The notes beneath the pieces were generated by a model, which saw only the letters and a list, made by a program, of their open reading frames with translations, searched no databases and was not told the DNA's origin. Both the position numbers and the translations under genes were made by a program. DNA of 64,000 bases, from the NCBI GenBank assembly GCA_030295235.1, contig AP026127.1:434001-498000 (forward strand), in the 5' to 3' direction. The stretch's first letter is position 1; every line of letters begins with the position of its first letter. Shown here one piece after another: positions 37,201-49,974 of the stretch. The DNA comes from Fistulifera solaris (Eukaryota).

Positions 37201-38232
37201 CTATATTCGAAAGGCGGAAACTACGTGGGTCGGTACGGCTGATCCTGCTTGCGTCACCACTTTATCAATTAGTTCAAGAGACGGCAATTCTCCAAAAGAT
37301 GTGCCGAACTGGTTTGCATGTATACCACTCGTAACAAACACACTCGGAATCCCAGCCTGATAAGCACCTGCGATGTCGTGATGAAGGGAATCGCCGACAT
37401 GGGCTACTCGACTTTTCTCCAGGCCCAAACGATCTATACAGGCCAAAAATTGCTCCTTATGAGGCTTTCCAAACAATGTAGTCTGTCCTCCAAGTTCTTG
37501 ATATCGTGCGGCGATCTTTCCCGGCATGTGCGCTTGTCCTCCTTCCGGAGTCTGCACGACAAAGTCGGGGTTGGCACAAACACAAGGGAGACTACGATCG
37601 ATACAGGCTTGCAGAATGGGTTCTAGATCGGTCAAATCTCCCTCTTCAATGAATCGTTTTAATGACTGCTGCGATATGGAATCTCCGCGATACCACACTT
37701 CCGAACCGTGCAACAACAAAAAATCGGCTTCTTCGATCGTCGAGGCAACTTGGACATGTCCACATTCTTGTAGAAACCGCTGTGGGGTAGCGGTCAAGCG
37801 CGGATTGTTGACATCGGACGCGTCCCATGTTAGGAACAAGGCCTTGGCGGGCGATGACGACTGACTTCCGAATGTTTTCCGTATATATTTACTGGCTTCT
37901 CCACCGGAAGTGACGGCGCCCAAAAAGTGCGTTTCGTCGAATCCGAATTTCGGCAATTTTTGCAGGGCAGCTTGACTGGGAGCAGACGTATTCGAAAGAA
38001 TGATCAGCGTTTTCCCATTCGCGTACAATTCTCGAACACAATCCACAGCACCATCCAATGCATTTACACCATCGTGCATGACACCAAACTGATCCAGAAT
38101 GAACGCATCGTAGCGATGCATCAGTTCGGAGAAGGATTTGTGAACGGTGAATGCCGAAGCCGAATACCATCGCCGCCGCGAGGCTGCCGTGAGGAAAAGA
38201 ATGGAGCTTACAGTTGAGGATGCGAATCTCAT
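37201..38232 (-). CDS. HAD-superfamily hydrolase subfamily IIA, probably plastid-targeted
   Basis: FILDQFGVMHDG, ILSNTS, CANPD, GKPH and HVGDSLHHDIAGA motifs. ASA-FT cleavage motif. Confidence 0.9.
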   Translation of the reverse strand: MRFASSTVSSILFLTAASRRRWYSASAFTVHKSFSELMHRYDAFILDQFGVMHDGVNALDGAVDCVRELYANGKTLIILSNTSAPSQAALQKLPKFGFDETHFLGAVTSGGEASKYIRKTFGSQSSSPAKALFLTWDASDVNNPRLTATPQRFLQECGHVQVASTIEEADFLLLHGSEVWYRGDSISQQSLKRFIEEGDLTDLEPILQACIDRSLPCVCANPDFVVQTPEGGQAHMPGKIAARYQELGGQTTLFGKPHKEQFLACIDRLGLEKSRVAHVGDSLHHDIAGAYQAGIPSVFVTSGIHANQFGTSFGELPSLELIDKVVTQAGSAVPTHVVSAFRI

Positions 38233-38274
38233 GTTGCAGCGAGAATAATAGCGCTATGTTTCCAACAATCGAAT

Positions 38275-38275
<1 letters not shown>

Positions 38276-38309
<34 letters not shown>
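38276..38309. repeat. Poly(T)34 tract
   Basis: Uninterrupted T run about 45 bp upstream of the HAD start, in a divergent intergenic region. Confidence 0.9.
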
Positions 38310-38313
<4 letters not shown>

Positions 38314-38571
38314 AAAAAATAAACGCACGACACGCACGACGCGTCTCACATTTTACTGTAGACCCTAGTGTAGGTTACCTTTTCTCATGTATGACTGGAT
38401 GCACTCGTGAGTAATAAAGGTGGTCATCGCAGTACAGTTTTTATTGCCGCCCGCGTTTTTCCAATATTTTTTCAACTTTGCCCGTTGCACTTCTTGTCTA
38501 CACCTAATTTTGACGATGACAAGCCTATTCCTATCTTCATAACCCGCTAATCACGGTAAACAAACGTTCAC

Positions 38572-39765
38572 ATGCAAGTCAAGCACGGGCATCCACGGCG
38601 CCCAACGGTCGGCTGCTTTCTACTATCGGTCATCGGCTACTTCGCCGTCTCGACGCCTCTCCTGTATTGCCGAACCTTTTCTTATCCTGTGATCAACAAC
38701 GCTCGCATTCCTCCCGTCAGCGAAACCATATTTGACCCTAGCAAATGGGGAAACGACTCTATTGTTGAATGCAGGGCAAGGCACCACCGGAACTCGCACC
38801 ATCATGGAGGCGACCTGTCGCGTGGGAATTCCGTCATTTCATTATCTTTTTTCGTGCGGCCCGTATCAATCCTTCTGGACAAAAAGTGATGAATATCTTG
38901 GTCAATACAATTTGGTGTTAAATGAAAAGCGAGTCCTTCACGAAAAGTTGATGGAACATTGGCTCTTTTACCGAGAATGTGCCTATCCGCTGGAAACCGT
39001 CTTGGTGGCAGCAGCTCGTCGGCAAGCCGATCATCGATTGCACCACGAACCGCCTCGAAGAAGTACTGAAAGAAAACAAAATGACTTTGATCGAGTTGCT
39101 GAAACAACCTGGCAGTTTTGCTCTACATGATTCGCCATATCCTTACTTTTTGGACTACATGTTACAGCTCGCAAAAGGCGGTGATGCCACCAACAATCTC
39201 CAACCCCGATCAATAACACTCATGCTTTCGGAACGAGAAAACACAATCTGGTCATCCAGGCGAATCGGGGAGCATCAAGAGGTCCCCGTATGTAAAGAGC
39301 AGTTTAATGAAATCATAACGGGTTCCAGTTCGAGTGTTGAAGGAGACTTTTACTACGCTGGTGCGTTCGATCTCATTGCTTGCGTCGAACAAGCCAGAAA
39401 ACAGGATCCGCCACCAAGGCTCGTCTCGAACATTCTCATTTCGTACCGAGGCTTGCAAGACATCTGCGATTCCCGCAAGAGTCACGCCCTCACAATGTCA
39501 TCAGCGTCTCGGTGAAATCAATGCCAGTGCAATGAAAGACTATCAAGATCGGGTTCGACAGCTTTACAAGCCAGCATATACGATCAATTTGTGGGATCAG
39601 CGCTTCACGACTGCTGAAATTGCCATGGATATTTACAACAAACTCTCCAAGCTACAGAATATGGTAAACAGAGTCGAGATGGTGATGCGTGGTGGTCCTG
39701 ACGATGGCAAACTCCTACCGCTCATATCCACGCTTGAGTCTAAAAGTGAAGAGCTTGCTCCTTGA
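38572..39765 (+). CDS. Type II membrane protein with a sulfotransferase-like P-loop
   Basis: N-terminal TM segment (FLLSVIGYFAVSTPLL), LLNAGQGTTGTRT and ALHDSPYP. Four ORF pieces joined by frameshifts. Confidence 0.55.
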
Positions 39766-40148
39766 ACGCAAGTGCACCTCGTAGGAGTAGCGTATTGCAT
39801 GTTGGCAGAAAGAGGACGGTTTGACAAGGTTGCGAATCCCTTTGTGTGCTGCTTCATTTTTCTCTAGATTGGCTTTGACGGTCCAAATGTCGGAGAATTC
39901 ACGACGAAAAGTTGAAGAGTATTAATTTCCTAGCCATACTCTCGCCATGCTGAGAAGCAACGAATGATATGCCTAGTCGAATGCGGAAAAGAAAAAGAAG
40001 TATTACTTAGTTTATCACCGCCTACCATGTCAGGGGGGAAGTACTGGGAGAGTAGAAGTGCCATTTTATGATAATGTCTTCGTCATTTCCCTTCTACATG
40101 ACACATCAACCGTGCTCATCACGCGAGTCGTCATCCTGAAGAAGATGG

Positions 40149-41701
40149 CTACGTTAATGCCCTCGTCGGTTTTAGCCCGGCACGACGCTTTTTCAGCTTA
40201 CGCCCGTTTGATCGGCTTGTCACGAACGACTCGAAACCATGATTCTCTACAGGCTGAACTATCTCAAACAAAACATCGGTGTGATCTGATAGCAAAAGTG
40301 CTGTGCACTGGAGATCGTTTGCAGCTCTATCGACCAAAGCGTTCATTATAACAGATGATCGCTCTGGATGCTTCAACCCCTAACTCCTTCGATCCTCGAC
40401 AAAAGCCGTTAAAGGCATAGAGCTGATCAATATGGTTGCCATCCGAAATAAGTTTGCCCTCTTGATTGGTGACGGTAATGCGTCGGTTCACAGACAGTAA
40501 TTTTTGGAGACGCCAGAAGTCATCGCCAAAAGCCTCTTCTTCATTGTCAACAACGACTTTGACCTCGCGTAGCCCTTCGTGTTCTTCGAAACAATCGAGA
40601 AGAGAGCCAATGTGCGGCTCCCACTTCACCTTGTTCATACTATGAAACAATTCAAGTGTCCTGAGGTTTGCATTGGCCCGTATAGCGCGGACAAGCTCCT
40701 GTGTCACAATACCAGGGATCGATCCGCCCTCATGTTCATCTTCATTCAGCGTGAAAACAATCGAAAGCGATGTTTAGCTCCACTAAATGTCCGCAACCTG
40801 CTATGCGTCGCAAACAAGATATTGCAGCGTCAGCTGGGAAGTGTTGTTCATCGTCATCTATGACAACAGTGAGTTTTTTGGGAGCAATCTTCAAATTTTG
40901 GAACTCCTCACTCAACAACGTGCCAGAGTAAACCCAGCAGCTTAAGGAGCCGACTTTTGAGAGGAATGGAAAGATAGCAAGCTCATCTGGCAAGGAAGGC
41001 AATTCCAAGCGCTCGATCATTTCGATCTGGAGAAGTCGTTTGAAATTCTCGTCTGTCAACCTTGGATCCATGTAGATTTTTAGTGTACCAAACGACGGCG
41101 CGTTTTTCCAGCGCCGATGAACGCAGTGCCCCCATCTTCGAACGAGCTCTCACTTAAGGATAAAATGATGGTATGTGGTCTTGCTGCAAGGACAACTGCC
41201 TGTTCGACACTCAGCAGAATCCCTTCCAAATCCACCTCAAGTGACGGGACTAATTGAAGGATATGTCGAAAACAATGAGAGCGAGCCGCACGAAAATCAA
41301 AGTAATCCATGTGATTGCTAACGTAAAAGGTTCCTTTCCTTTCAGTATTTTCTAATTGCATAAAGTATGCAGCTGTTTGCGCCATCTCATCCTCCGTGTC
41401 ACCGGGCGATACTTAATCTAGGTCCAGTTTTTCCAAAACTTAGGTGCAAAAGTTGTCGTTCCTCTTCCGGATAGTCACTTTTGTAGCCGTGTGGTTCCAC
41501 GTCGTAAGAGTGTTGTTGTCGCGCCAGATGGCCAGTGCTTGCCCGTACCTGTTGATCTCTTCCAGATTTAAGGGGTCTCGCATCAGGGCGAACGTCCATG
41601 TTTCCCCGGGCGGTACGCCAGCGAGCCACTTGCTCGGGCCGGCGTTGAAAAGACGGTATCACTTCAAATAAAGCACCTGTACTGCGGTTTTGGGACTCCA
41701 T
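40149..41701 (-). CDS. Fragmented member of the expanded RNI/LRR-like hypothetical family
   Basis: ELVRAIRANANLRTLEL matches ELLKAIKKNQNLYQLEL, SSFEDGGTAF matches CHFEDEGQAF, and TALLLSDHTDVLFEIV matches TGVLLNENVDVLCSLV of ORF 2099-3427. Several frameshifts. Confidence 0.65.
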
Positions 41702-42052
41702 GTAAAAGTAAGGGATATGAAGAAAGATAATCTCATCGAATGACACAATGAATGAAGTGCAACAAAAGCGCTGAAAATTGTGTGTGTGTATCATGTTCAT
41801 GTTTTATTTTAGGAAGCATTGGTACTTTTGGAGTCTCATTGTATGAACGCTTTTTAAGTAGTGAGTACCACGCAGACTCCATCAATACACCAGACTTACG
41901 CAAGGACACTTATGCACAAACCGTGTTCGCGCCATAAAACGTTTCGCGACACTTGCGAGTGTGACGAATAATAAAAATGCCTCGAGAACTTCATTTGCAT
42001 TCAAAGTCGGTACACATTTTATTTCATCATTCGCTTCTTTTAGCATCTACAT

Positions 42053-43485
42053 CATGTCATCACGCAATTTAGCACGTCCTCGCTCACTCGCGAGTTCAGC
42101 ACGGGCAAAATCAGGCGACAACAAGCAACCAGAGCGACCGAGTCATTCGAGTCACATTCATTCCAGTGCACCCAAAGTTCCGCAAAGTAACACTACACTT
42201 CTCGCGGGTCGCAACATTTCTATCAAGAAAGCGCACCGCGACTCCGATACAGAGCACTACGCACACGATAACGAAACATCCGGAATTCCGAAGCATCCCC
42301 GACGACTTTGGAAAGTCGATGATGATAAACTTCCCCATTTCCCGACTTCTTTCCGCCACCCACCCCACGAGAATCCTGCCTCATTACGGATGCACCCCCC
42401 TCTGTCATTGCCGTTCGTATTGCGGAATGCTTGCGTCGTCGCTCGGTAGCGGTCGAGTACGACGAAGATACTTGTACCGCCACCGGTGTCACGGTAGACG
42501 GTTGTTCGTTTCAAATTCATTTGTGGCAAGCACGAGATACGGACGTGCTCGTGGAGTGCATCAAGCAGAGGGGTTCCTCTCAAACATATCACTGGGCCGT
42601 ACAGGCTGTTTTGCAGGCGGCCCAGTCACTGGATTCTGGGAAGACAGACGGTCGGTTTATCAGGCATCTACCACTGAGTTCAACCGATTATTTTTCAAAG
42701 TCGAACACCCAATCGACCCATCACGCCTTATTGATACGGAATCAGATGCTGACACACCCGCCGAAGCATCCGAAATGGTTCTGGCATCGTTAGAACGGGC
42801 CTGGCAATTACTCGGAAAAGATCGTTGCGAAGCGCAGCAACTCGGAATGGAGTCGATTGTTCATTTGACCGATCGGCATACGACCGGAGTAGCAAGGGCA
42901 ATGTATGCGGCATTAGCAGTTCTTGGGGCACCTGCTACTCTGGGCTACGCTATCCCGCTGGAAGATATCCATGAGCGATGGATCTATGGACTCATCGTGA
43001 ACCGTGCCACGCCCACCGAACAAGGGGCCGTAGATGTCGATAGCACCACGTTGCTCGCGAATTCGATCGATGATGACATACACGTTGGCAAAATGCGTTC
43101 CCTGGCACTTCGGGTACTTGCCAACGCTTTGACAATTCTTTCAGAATACCAGGCAGATGTTTTGGAGAACTTACTTCGCGACAGAATACCACGGTGGACA
43201 TCCGAGCAGCTGATCGACGCTCTGGTAGCAGATCTTCATGGCTCTTATCGACCGCCAACGGCTGCGCCCCACTTGTCAACGCAACATGACGCTGCGCTCG
43301 CCATGCAATGTCTTGGATATTTGAGTAAACACAGCGTCTCAACTGCCAGATACATTGAATCGAATCCGAGTGCTTTGTCGTTATTGGATGGTGCGAGGAC
43401 CGTGGGACGTTCCACGCATGTGCTTCTCCACGAGCTGTCAACTAAGATATACGAGCAATTAACCGAAGAGCACAGGTCGTGCTGA
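42053..43485 (+). CDS. Hypothetical protein with a helical (ARM-like) C-terminus
   Basis: Three overlapping ORFs with coding-like composition (VEYDEDTCTATGVTVDGCSFQIHLW; AQQLGMESIVHLTD; RSLALRVLANAL). Confidence 0.6.
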
Positions 43486-43582
43486 TGAGCGCGATGAAGT
43501 TTTCTGAACTATCTCACGGATACTATACTCCCTCTTTCCTCGACCCGGCCGATTTGTATTTTAGACTGTAATTTTTAGTAAC

Positions 43583-44326
43583 TTAGTTTTCCACTTCTGC
43601 AGCAGAAATTGATCCTTCTTGATTTTTATCGACTGACTGCAGCATGGTTTGCGCCCAACGACGAAACACTTCAGCCTGATACTCTCTGTCACGCTTCACG
43701 ATATCCGGAGCTTCGGCTAAGACCGCCTTGACTTGTGCTACCTTCAAAGAACGCTTTTCCATTTTTCGATGGTGTGCCCGGACAAGTAATTTTTTATACT
43801 TTTTACGAATCTTTCGAACCGCTTGCCATCGTCTACCTTGTCGCTTGGCCTCCCGCGTTCCCCGCTTCCCCGCCCGCGCGGGGACAGCATCGTAGGCTTC
43901 CTTCAACAAAAGTTCCGTTTCCTCGGGACTGTAGCGCAAGGGCGGATAGAGACCTCCACCGGCCTTGGTCAATCTCTGCCGCTCGGCGGCGGCTTCGACG
44001 GCACTCTGCTTCGCCTTCTTGGTGGCCCGAGCACTGACACCGGCTTTTCCGGGGAATGCGCCAATGGAAAGGGATTGTTGTACATCCACCCAGTCTTGTT
44101 GCTGCTGCGTCTCTTGTGATACGATTTTTCTCATGCGCTTTTCGTCCTTCTTGCTCGGTTTATTTCTTGCACCGAAGAAGCGCTGCTGCATCGAGTTGGA
44201 GGCAGCTGTCAGCGCGTAGTTTGTTTGTGGGATGTGGATTGACTTGATTACTGCGGATCTCGTCAACGTTGGTGACTTGAGACTCATTCGAGCCAGTTGG
44301 CTTGTTAGCAAATTGAAAGTCATCAT
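43583..44326 (-). CDS. Hypothetical basic protein, probably mitochondrial
   Basis: Open frame with presequence-like MMTFNLLTSQLARMSL...QQRFFG and a K/R-rich helical body. Confidence 0.6.
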   Translation of the reverse strand: MMTFNLLTSQLARMSLKSPTLTRSAVIKSIHIPQTNYALTAASNSMQQRFFGARNKPSKKDEKRMRKIVSQETQQQQDWVDVQQSLSIGAFPGKAGVSARATKKAKQSAVEAAAERQRLTKAGGGLYPPLRYSPEETELLLKEAYDAVPARAGKRGTREAKRQGRRWQAVRKIRKKYKKLLVRAHHRKMEKRSLKVAQVKAVLAEAPDIVKRDREYQAEVFRRWAQTMLQSVDKNQEGSISAAEVEN

Positions 44327-44895
44327 GCTTATCGTTTTCTTATGCAATAAACAAAAGCTAAAATGGCCACTTTTTGTGCGGTGCTTGTATTTTTTGTGTG
44401 CGTGTTTTATCGTCTCGTTGCAATTCGCGGACGACATACAAACTACGCGTGACTCATGGCTGGAATGAAACTCAATACGGAGTAGCAGGGAGACACGGGA
44501 ACGCACCTCTGCTTGGTACATTTTTCTACGGGGGGCCTACGTGAGTGTACACTTTTTCCCGAACCTTCCAGGGAAAGTAGGTCTCTAGTTAGCAACTCAT
44601 TTTTATCTATTTATCTATTTATTTATCTATCTATTGATAATAGCGCGGGTGTGACGCTATCCCCGGGGATCGAGCCCCCCGCTTGCGGGAAGGGCGAGAA
44701 CGAAAAAAAGCCACTGCAGGGGCTAGCCGCCGATGATTGATTGATTGTGAATTGTGATGGTCTGATTGGCGATTTATGGTGAGAATCAGTTTCTTTGGCG
44801 ATGGACAACTTTTCCGTTGAGTACCGGTAAGCTTTTTTATAGATGTTTTTTTATGCAGTATGGCGCAAGAACTATCTTCATAATACTACACCGCT

Positions 44896-45949
44896 TTAAG
44901 CTGCCTGACTTGCTTTGGACGACTGGAAAACATCGATACGATGGTACAAGGGATCAGTAATTCTCAAAGCGTAGGTTATGGTTCGCTTGGCATAATAATC
45001 GGGATCCATTTCGAGATTTTGAATGACATCATGGACCAGATGTCCTCGCTCCACTTGTGCTCCTATTTCATTGTGAATTCGAGTGAAGTGAATGTGCGCT
45101 TGATAAAACTGCGGCTGGTAGTGAAAGAAGCAGCGGATCATATCCGGTGAGATGCCGTACGTCTTCTCGATGACCTTTGGACACACATCTAGTAGTTCTT
45201 TGAGCATTGCCAAATGAGATCCACGGAGGTCCCGAAGCGATGAAACGTTTTTGTCTTTTAGTATAGCCAGACAATACAGATCATCAACTGCTTCATGCTG
45301 ATACCAGACTTCGCGACTTGTGGTTTTGGGGTCTGGGTGCGAACGCCACTTTGTATCAACATTGACGAGAAAGTGCTGTGTATCCAAGAGACAGCGCTCT
45401 TTTTCTTTTCACCAGAAAGTACGTTATCAATCCACGATAAACTTCCGGATTGTTTCAACTCCTGTATATATGGCTCGGTTACGTGGCGATACAGCTCGGG
45501 TGTCTCATGAATGAGCCGAGACGACGGAGACGGGGACGCTCGTTGAATTTGGCGGTCACTCGCTGGATAAATGAATTCACATTGTAAAGGACCGAAATCC
45601 GGGGAAGAAGTGATCCCCACAAATGAAGTCAAGGTAGTAAGAAAAGAGTTCCAAAGACCTGTTCGGGGTGTGGCGTTATAGTAACTGTATTCGGCGCCAC
45701 TCTCGCTGGACAGATGGAAATCGTAATGCTGTAGCAATTTGATAATGCGAGCAGTCTCGCCCCCTTCCGAGTTATTCGAACTAATCTGAGATAGAAGTCT
45801 TTGTCGGAAAGGAAGTATAGTCAGTTTCAGCAACGATGACACTTCTCCTTGCTCGAACAAAAAGTGGCATGATTATCCGACGCATTCAGCACACGAGCCT
45901 GACAGGAAGAGTCCCGCAACATAGAGGCAGGGTCCCTGTTGCTTGTCAT
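44896..45949 (-). CDS. DCPS: Scavenger decapping enzyme (m7GpppX diphosphatase)
   Basis: IYPAS, IHETPELYRHVTEPYI, SLSWIDNVLSG and SLRDLRGSHL. HIT-like FFHYQPQFYQAHIHF. Homopolymer frameshifts. Confidence 0.88.
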
Positions 45950-46464
45950 TATAGCTTGTTTGGGCGATTGTGATTGTGCCTTCTGTTGTTCGGGTTATGT
46001 TCTTCCGATGAAGCACTGCCGCTCTTGAAAGGTCGTCTTTTTTCGTCGATTTTGCATTGATGCCGGGTGGAAAATGTGCGAGTACGTAAAATGTGAGAGT
46101 GGAAGAAAAACGTTAAGACGACGGACATAGAACGAAAGCGACTCTAAAACAGGAAGTAGGCTTTTTGTGTGGAACGGCTCCAACTGCAATGTCCGATGTC
46201 CGTTTCGAAAAATTTATTACTCTTGATATCAGACTAGGTATCGCTTTGCGATCCGCGACGTCAGTTGTACTTTACCTTGATACTTCAGCGAATTTATTTG
46301 CGAGGGGGCGATAATTCAAAATCGCCGGCGCGCCATTTGAATTTCCAACTGACTAATTCCACCCAAATTTACCCCCTTTCATTGTTTCATCACGGATCGC
46401 TTGAATTGTGTTCGCAACAACCGTTTAACATTTCGATCGAAGGCAGAAGAATATTAAACAAACC

Positions 46465-48968
46465 ATGTATATGAATCGTCTATCGTATCACCGGATGTCT
46501 TCGAATGGCAGTAATGCTAACGCGGACTCGACGGGACAAAAACATGGCTTGCCGATGATCGAGACATCATGCCTGCCGAAACGGAAAGAGCCATCTCCCA
46601 CATCGCCAGCGTCTCTATCGTCTCCGCGGGTCGGCGGTGATTTTCAAATGCTTTATACGACGGTTTCTGAACACCGTGATTCTGTTCGAAAAGCGAGAGC
46701 TGCACTGGCGTCGTCGCTCGACCGACTGGGCGAACATCATGTCCGACGAAAGGAATACGATGCTGCCATGGACGCCTTTACAGAGGCCTTGCACGAAAAA
46801 CGAAGCATTTACACCAATGCTGTTGCTGCCCTGAACCGAAACGCTGGAGTAGGCAACACCTTTTTCTCGAGCAGTTCCGACGATTCATCCCAGGTTCATG
46901 ACGAGGCGATCGATGAAATAATCATCACTCTTCGCAACATGGGAAATGTTCACTCCCTTCGTGGGGAACAAGACGAGGCTATGAGATACTACTCCGAGGT
47001 GACGAACTTGAGTGCGATTAAAACCACCAGCAACGTTGATGGTGACGACACTTCTACCTTATTCTCAGGTCTTGTTGGGGAAGAGGATAATTCTACATTG
47101 ATGAGCGAAATCAACGAAGATGTCAAAGCACTCGACGACATGTTCCGAAGCATTTCTTTCCGCAACAACGATAATACTTCCATGTGGAGGAGAGACAAGT
47201 CATTAAGCAAGTCATTAAGCAACAGTTCTCGCTCCAAAGAAGCTCCATTTCCCCCAAGTAGCAAGAGAAGGAAGAGTAACTTTGGGCAAGCAAATGTCCC
47301 AATGTGGACAGAAGGTGAACCATTTCGAAGATCTTCATCCGCAACGTTCGCTGGATCCACAAATCAAATCACAGAAGCTTTAGAAACGTTCAAATCAGTA
47401 CTGGATAACTTCTCCGGCGATTCTCTGGAGGTTTACAGGGAGAACTATAACTCATTGGCGTTGCGCACTGATCTGCTCGCCGAGAGTGCTAGTCGACCAG
47501 ATACCCCCTCGGACGGGAAAGGCGGTGCGCCTATTGATCTTCAACTACTCCTTGATATTTATCAACACATCCTAAAGGTACAGAAGGAGCAGCAAGCACT
47601 TGAATCTGCGTCTTGTCAGGAGACGAGTATGCAAATTGCATCCACCCTGATCCGAATGGGAAGCGTTTACTACAAACTTGGAAATCGATTAGAAGAACTC
47701 AGCATGTACAAGGAAGCCAAAGACGTTTACAGCCGAGCATTCGGTGAGAATCACGCATACGTTGCCGGGGCCAAGAAGAATATAGGAATGGTTCTTGCCG
47801 AGCGAGGGGAATACGAAGAAGCTATGGCGGAATTCGATGAAGCACGAAAGATTTACCTGGCTGCAAATGATGAAAGCGACTTGAGCAGGGATGTGGCAAG
47901 TGCAATTTCATGCATGGGAAATGTCAAAAATAGAACTGGAGACCTTGCCGAAGCATTGGCTCATTACATGGACGCCTTGAAGATTTACAAAGCACTGTGT
48001 GAAAAGGCTGACGACCCTGCTAATATCGAAAGCACTGAAAAATTTCATCTTCGGTGCTCGACGTGACGGCCACTCTCAAAGTCATAGGTATGGTACATGC
48101 CAAGCAGGGACAGTTGGACACCGCAACGACTTTTTTCACCGAAGCTATGGATCTTCTCCGCTCCTCCGGTATCGACGACACAGCAGCAGGGAGCGAAACC
48201 ATCGCCTCCCTCCTTACCCGCATTGCGAGTATTCACGTAAAGAAAGGGGATTTGACGGAAGCCATGGAGCACTATCGACAGGCTTATGAGTTGATTATTC
48301 AAGCGAAGGGCACAACGAATCATCAGGATGTTGCTGGAATTCTGCATTACATTGGAGGAATACTTCACAAACAATCGGACTATGACGAAGCAATGAATTG
48401 CTACCAAGAAGCCATTCGTATCTATCATTCCACACTGGGTCCAGGAAATCCAACTGTCGCCGGAACTTTGGTCATGGTTGGTAGCATCCATTACAAACGA
48501 CGAAACTTGGACAGTGCCATGATGTTTTACCGAGAAGCTTTACGGCTCAATCGCGATGCCTACGGGCTGCATCACCCCGATGTAGCCCCTATTTTGAAAA
48601 GCATTGGAACAATTCTTACCAAGACTGGAGATTTCCGGGGCGCCTACGAAGTCTTCCGTGACGTCTTGAGTATCAAATGCACGATCTATGGCACTTGTCA
48701 CCCCGAAGTGGCTAGCGCATACAAGAGCCTCGGCAATGTACACTACAAACTCGGCGAGCTCGCCGATGCCGAGCGTCAGTATCGTCACGCTCTTAGTATT
48801 TATCGCAGAGCCCGCGGCAACGAGCACCCGGATACAGTCGCAGCCCGAACTACGATCGAACACATTCGGTATTGGATGAAAGAAAAGGGGTTGCGACGAA
48901 GTAGTGAAGGCCGTCACACCCGAAATTCGTCACGAGCCCAGGCTCAGGATGATGAACGTAGTTGCTAA
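46465..48968 (+). CDS. TPR protein (kinesin light chain/nephrocystin-3-like repeats)
   Basis: Many 42-aa TPR repeats (HPDVAPILKSIG, HPEVASAYKSLGNVHYKLGELADAE). Frameshift near 48040. Confidence 0.85.
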
Positions 48969-49325
48969 GCTAGACATCTAAAGCAAAAGCAATTCCGAAA
49001 GTTTTAGATCGTGGATTAGTGGATGTACAAAGAGCAGAACCGATTATATACCATTAACCCGCACAAATAGCTATATCATTTGATATTGGGCATCTTCTTC
49101 GTTTCGCTTAAAAGGAGCCTTATGCGTGTAATCATAGAGGCAAAATTCTCATCCACGGTGCGAGCGATGTTGCCATTTCGAAGGGAACCAGAAAGGGTGC
49201 GTTCGTCCACGATTTCAAAGGAGAAACACCTATGCAACTCTATCTAGGGCAGAATCACGATTTATTTTTGCGGTGAAGCATCTTGATTCTGATTTCTTGG
49301 CATGTCATCGACGATGCATTGCGTC

Positions 49326-49583
49326 TCATGAGAGGCGGGCTTTTTTCGAATAGAGGGACGCTCGTTTTGCGCATCTCCATGTAAACAGAGCATAACCCGA
49401 GTAGAAGAAAATTGCCGCGACAAGAACTATCAACATAATAATCATACTATTGGCGTACCAGGGATGCTGTTTGACATGATCCATGTTGCTATAATATTCG
49501 TCAACTTCATCCATCGGTCGCTGACCATAAGCATACGACCGTTCCACCAATTTGACTTTTGCAAAATCTCGTCCCGTCCACAT
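49326..49583 (-). CDS. Small single-pass membrane protein
   Basis: 85-aa ORF with one TM segment (MIIMLIVLVAAIFFYSGYALF) and a basic tail. Confidence 0.4.
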   Translation of the reverse strand: MWTGRDFAKVKLVERSYAYGQRPMDEVDEYYSNMDHVKQHPWYANSMIIMLIVLVAAIFFYSGYALFTWRCAKRASLYSKKARLS

Positions 49584-49974
49584 CGTAGGCGCTTCTATTC
49601 GTTGTGAGGACTGGTTATTACGGCGGATTTGTCGGCTAATAGGTGTGCTTGTGCAATTATATTATTGAGAATGAATGAATTGAGATCGATCATGGTTGTG
49701 TGTTGTGTGCGATGCAAGAAAACGTTTGATGTTTCAAACATAGTAAGTAAAAACGCGAGCCGTGTATCCTTTAATCCGTTGATTTATTCGTGATCCGTGA
49801 TACCCTATTACTATATCATTTAGTGTTGTCACGCTGATGGAGGCAATTTTTGACGTCCGTCCATAACCCGTGATAGTCTTTTGTGGAAATATATGTACGG
49901 CAAAAACGAAACAAACAACAAGAAGCCGAGCAGTTTAGATTGCCTAGTCTACCTCATTCTCATTCATTTCAAGA

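Noticed and set aside
24647..45949. DCP2 and DcpS as an mRNA-decapping gene cluster
   Set aside because: They are about 19 kb apart with many unrelated genes between them. There is no evidence beyond chance co-location.
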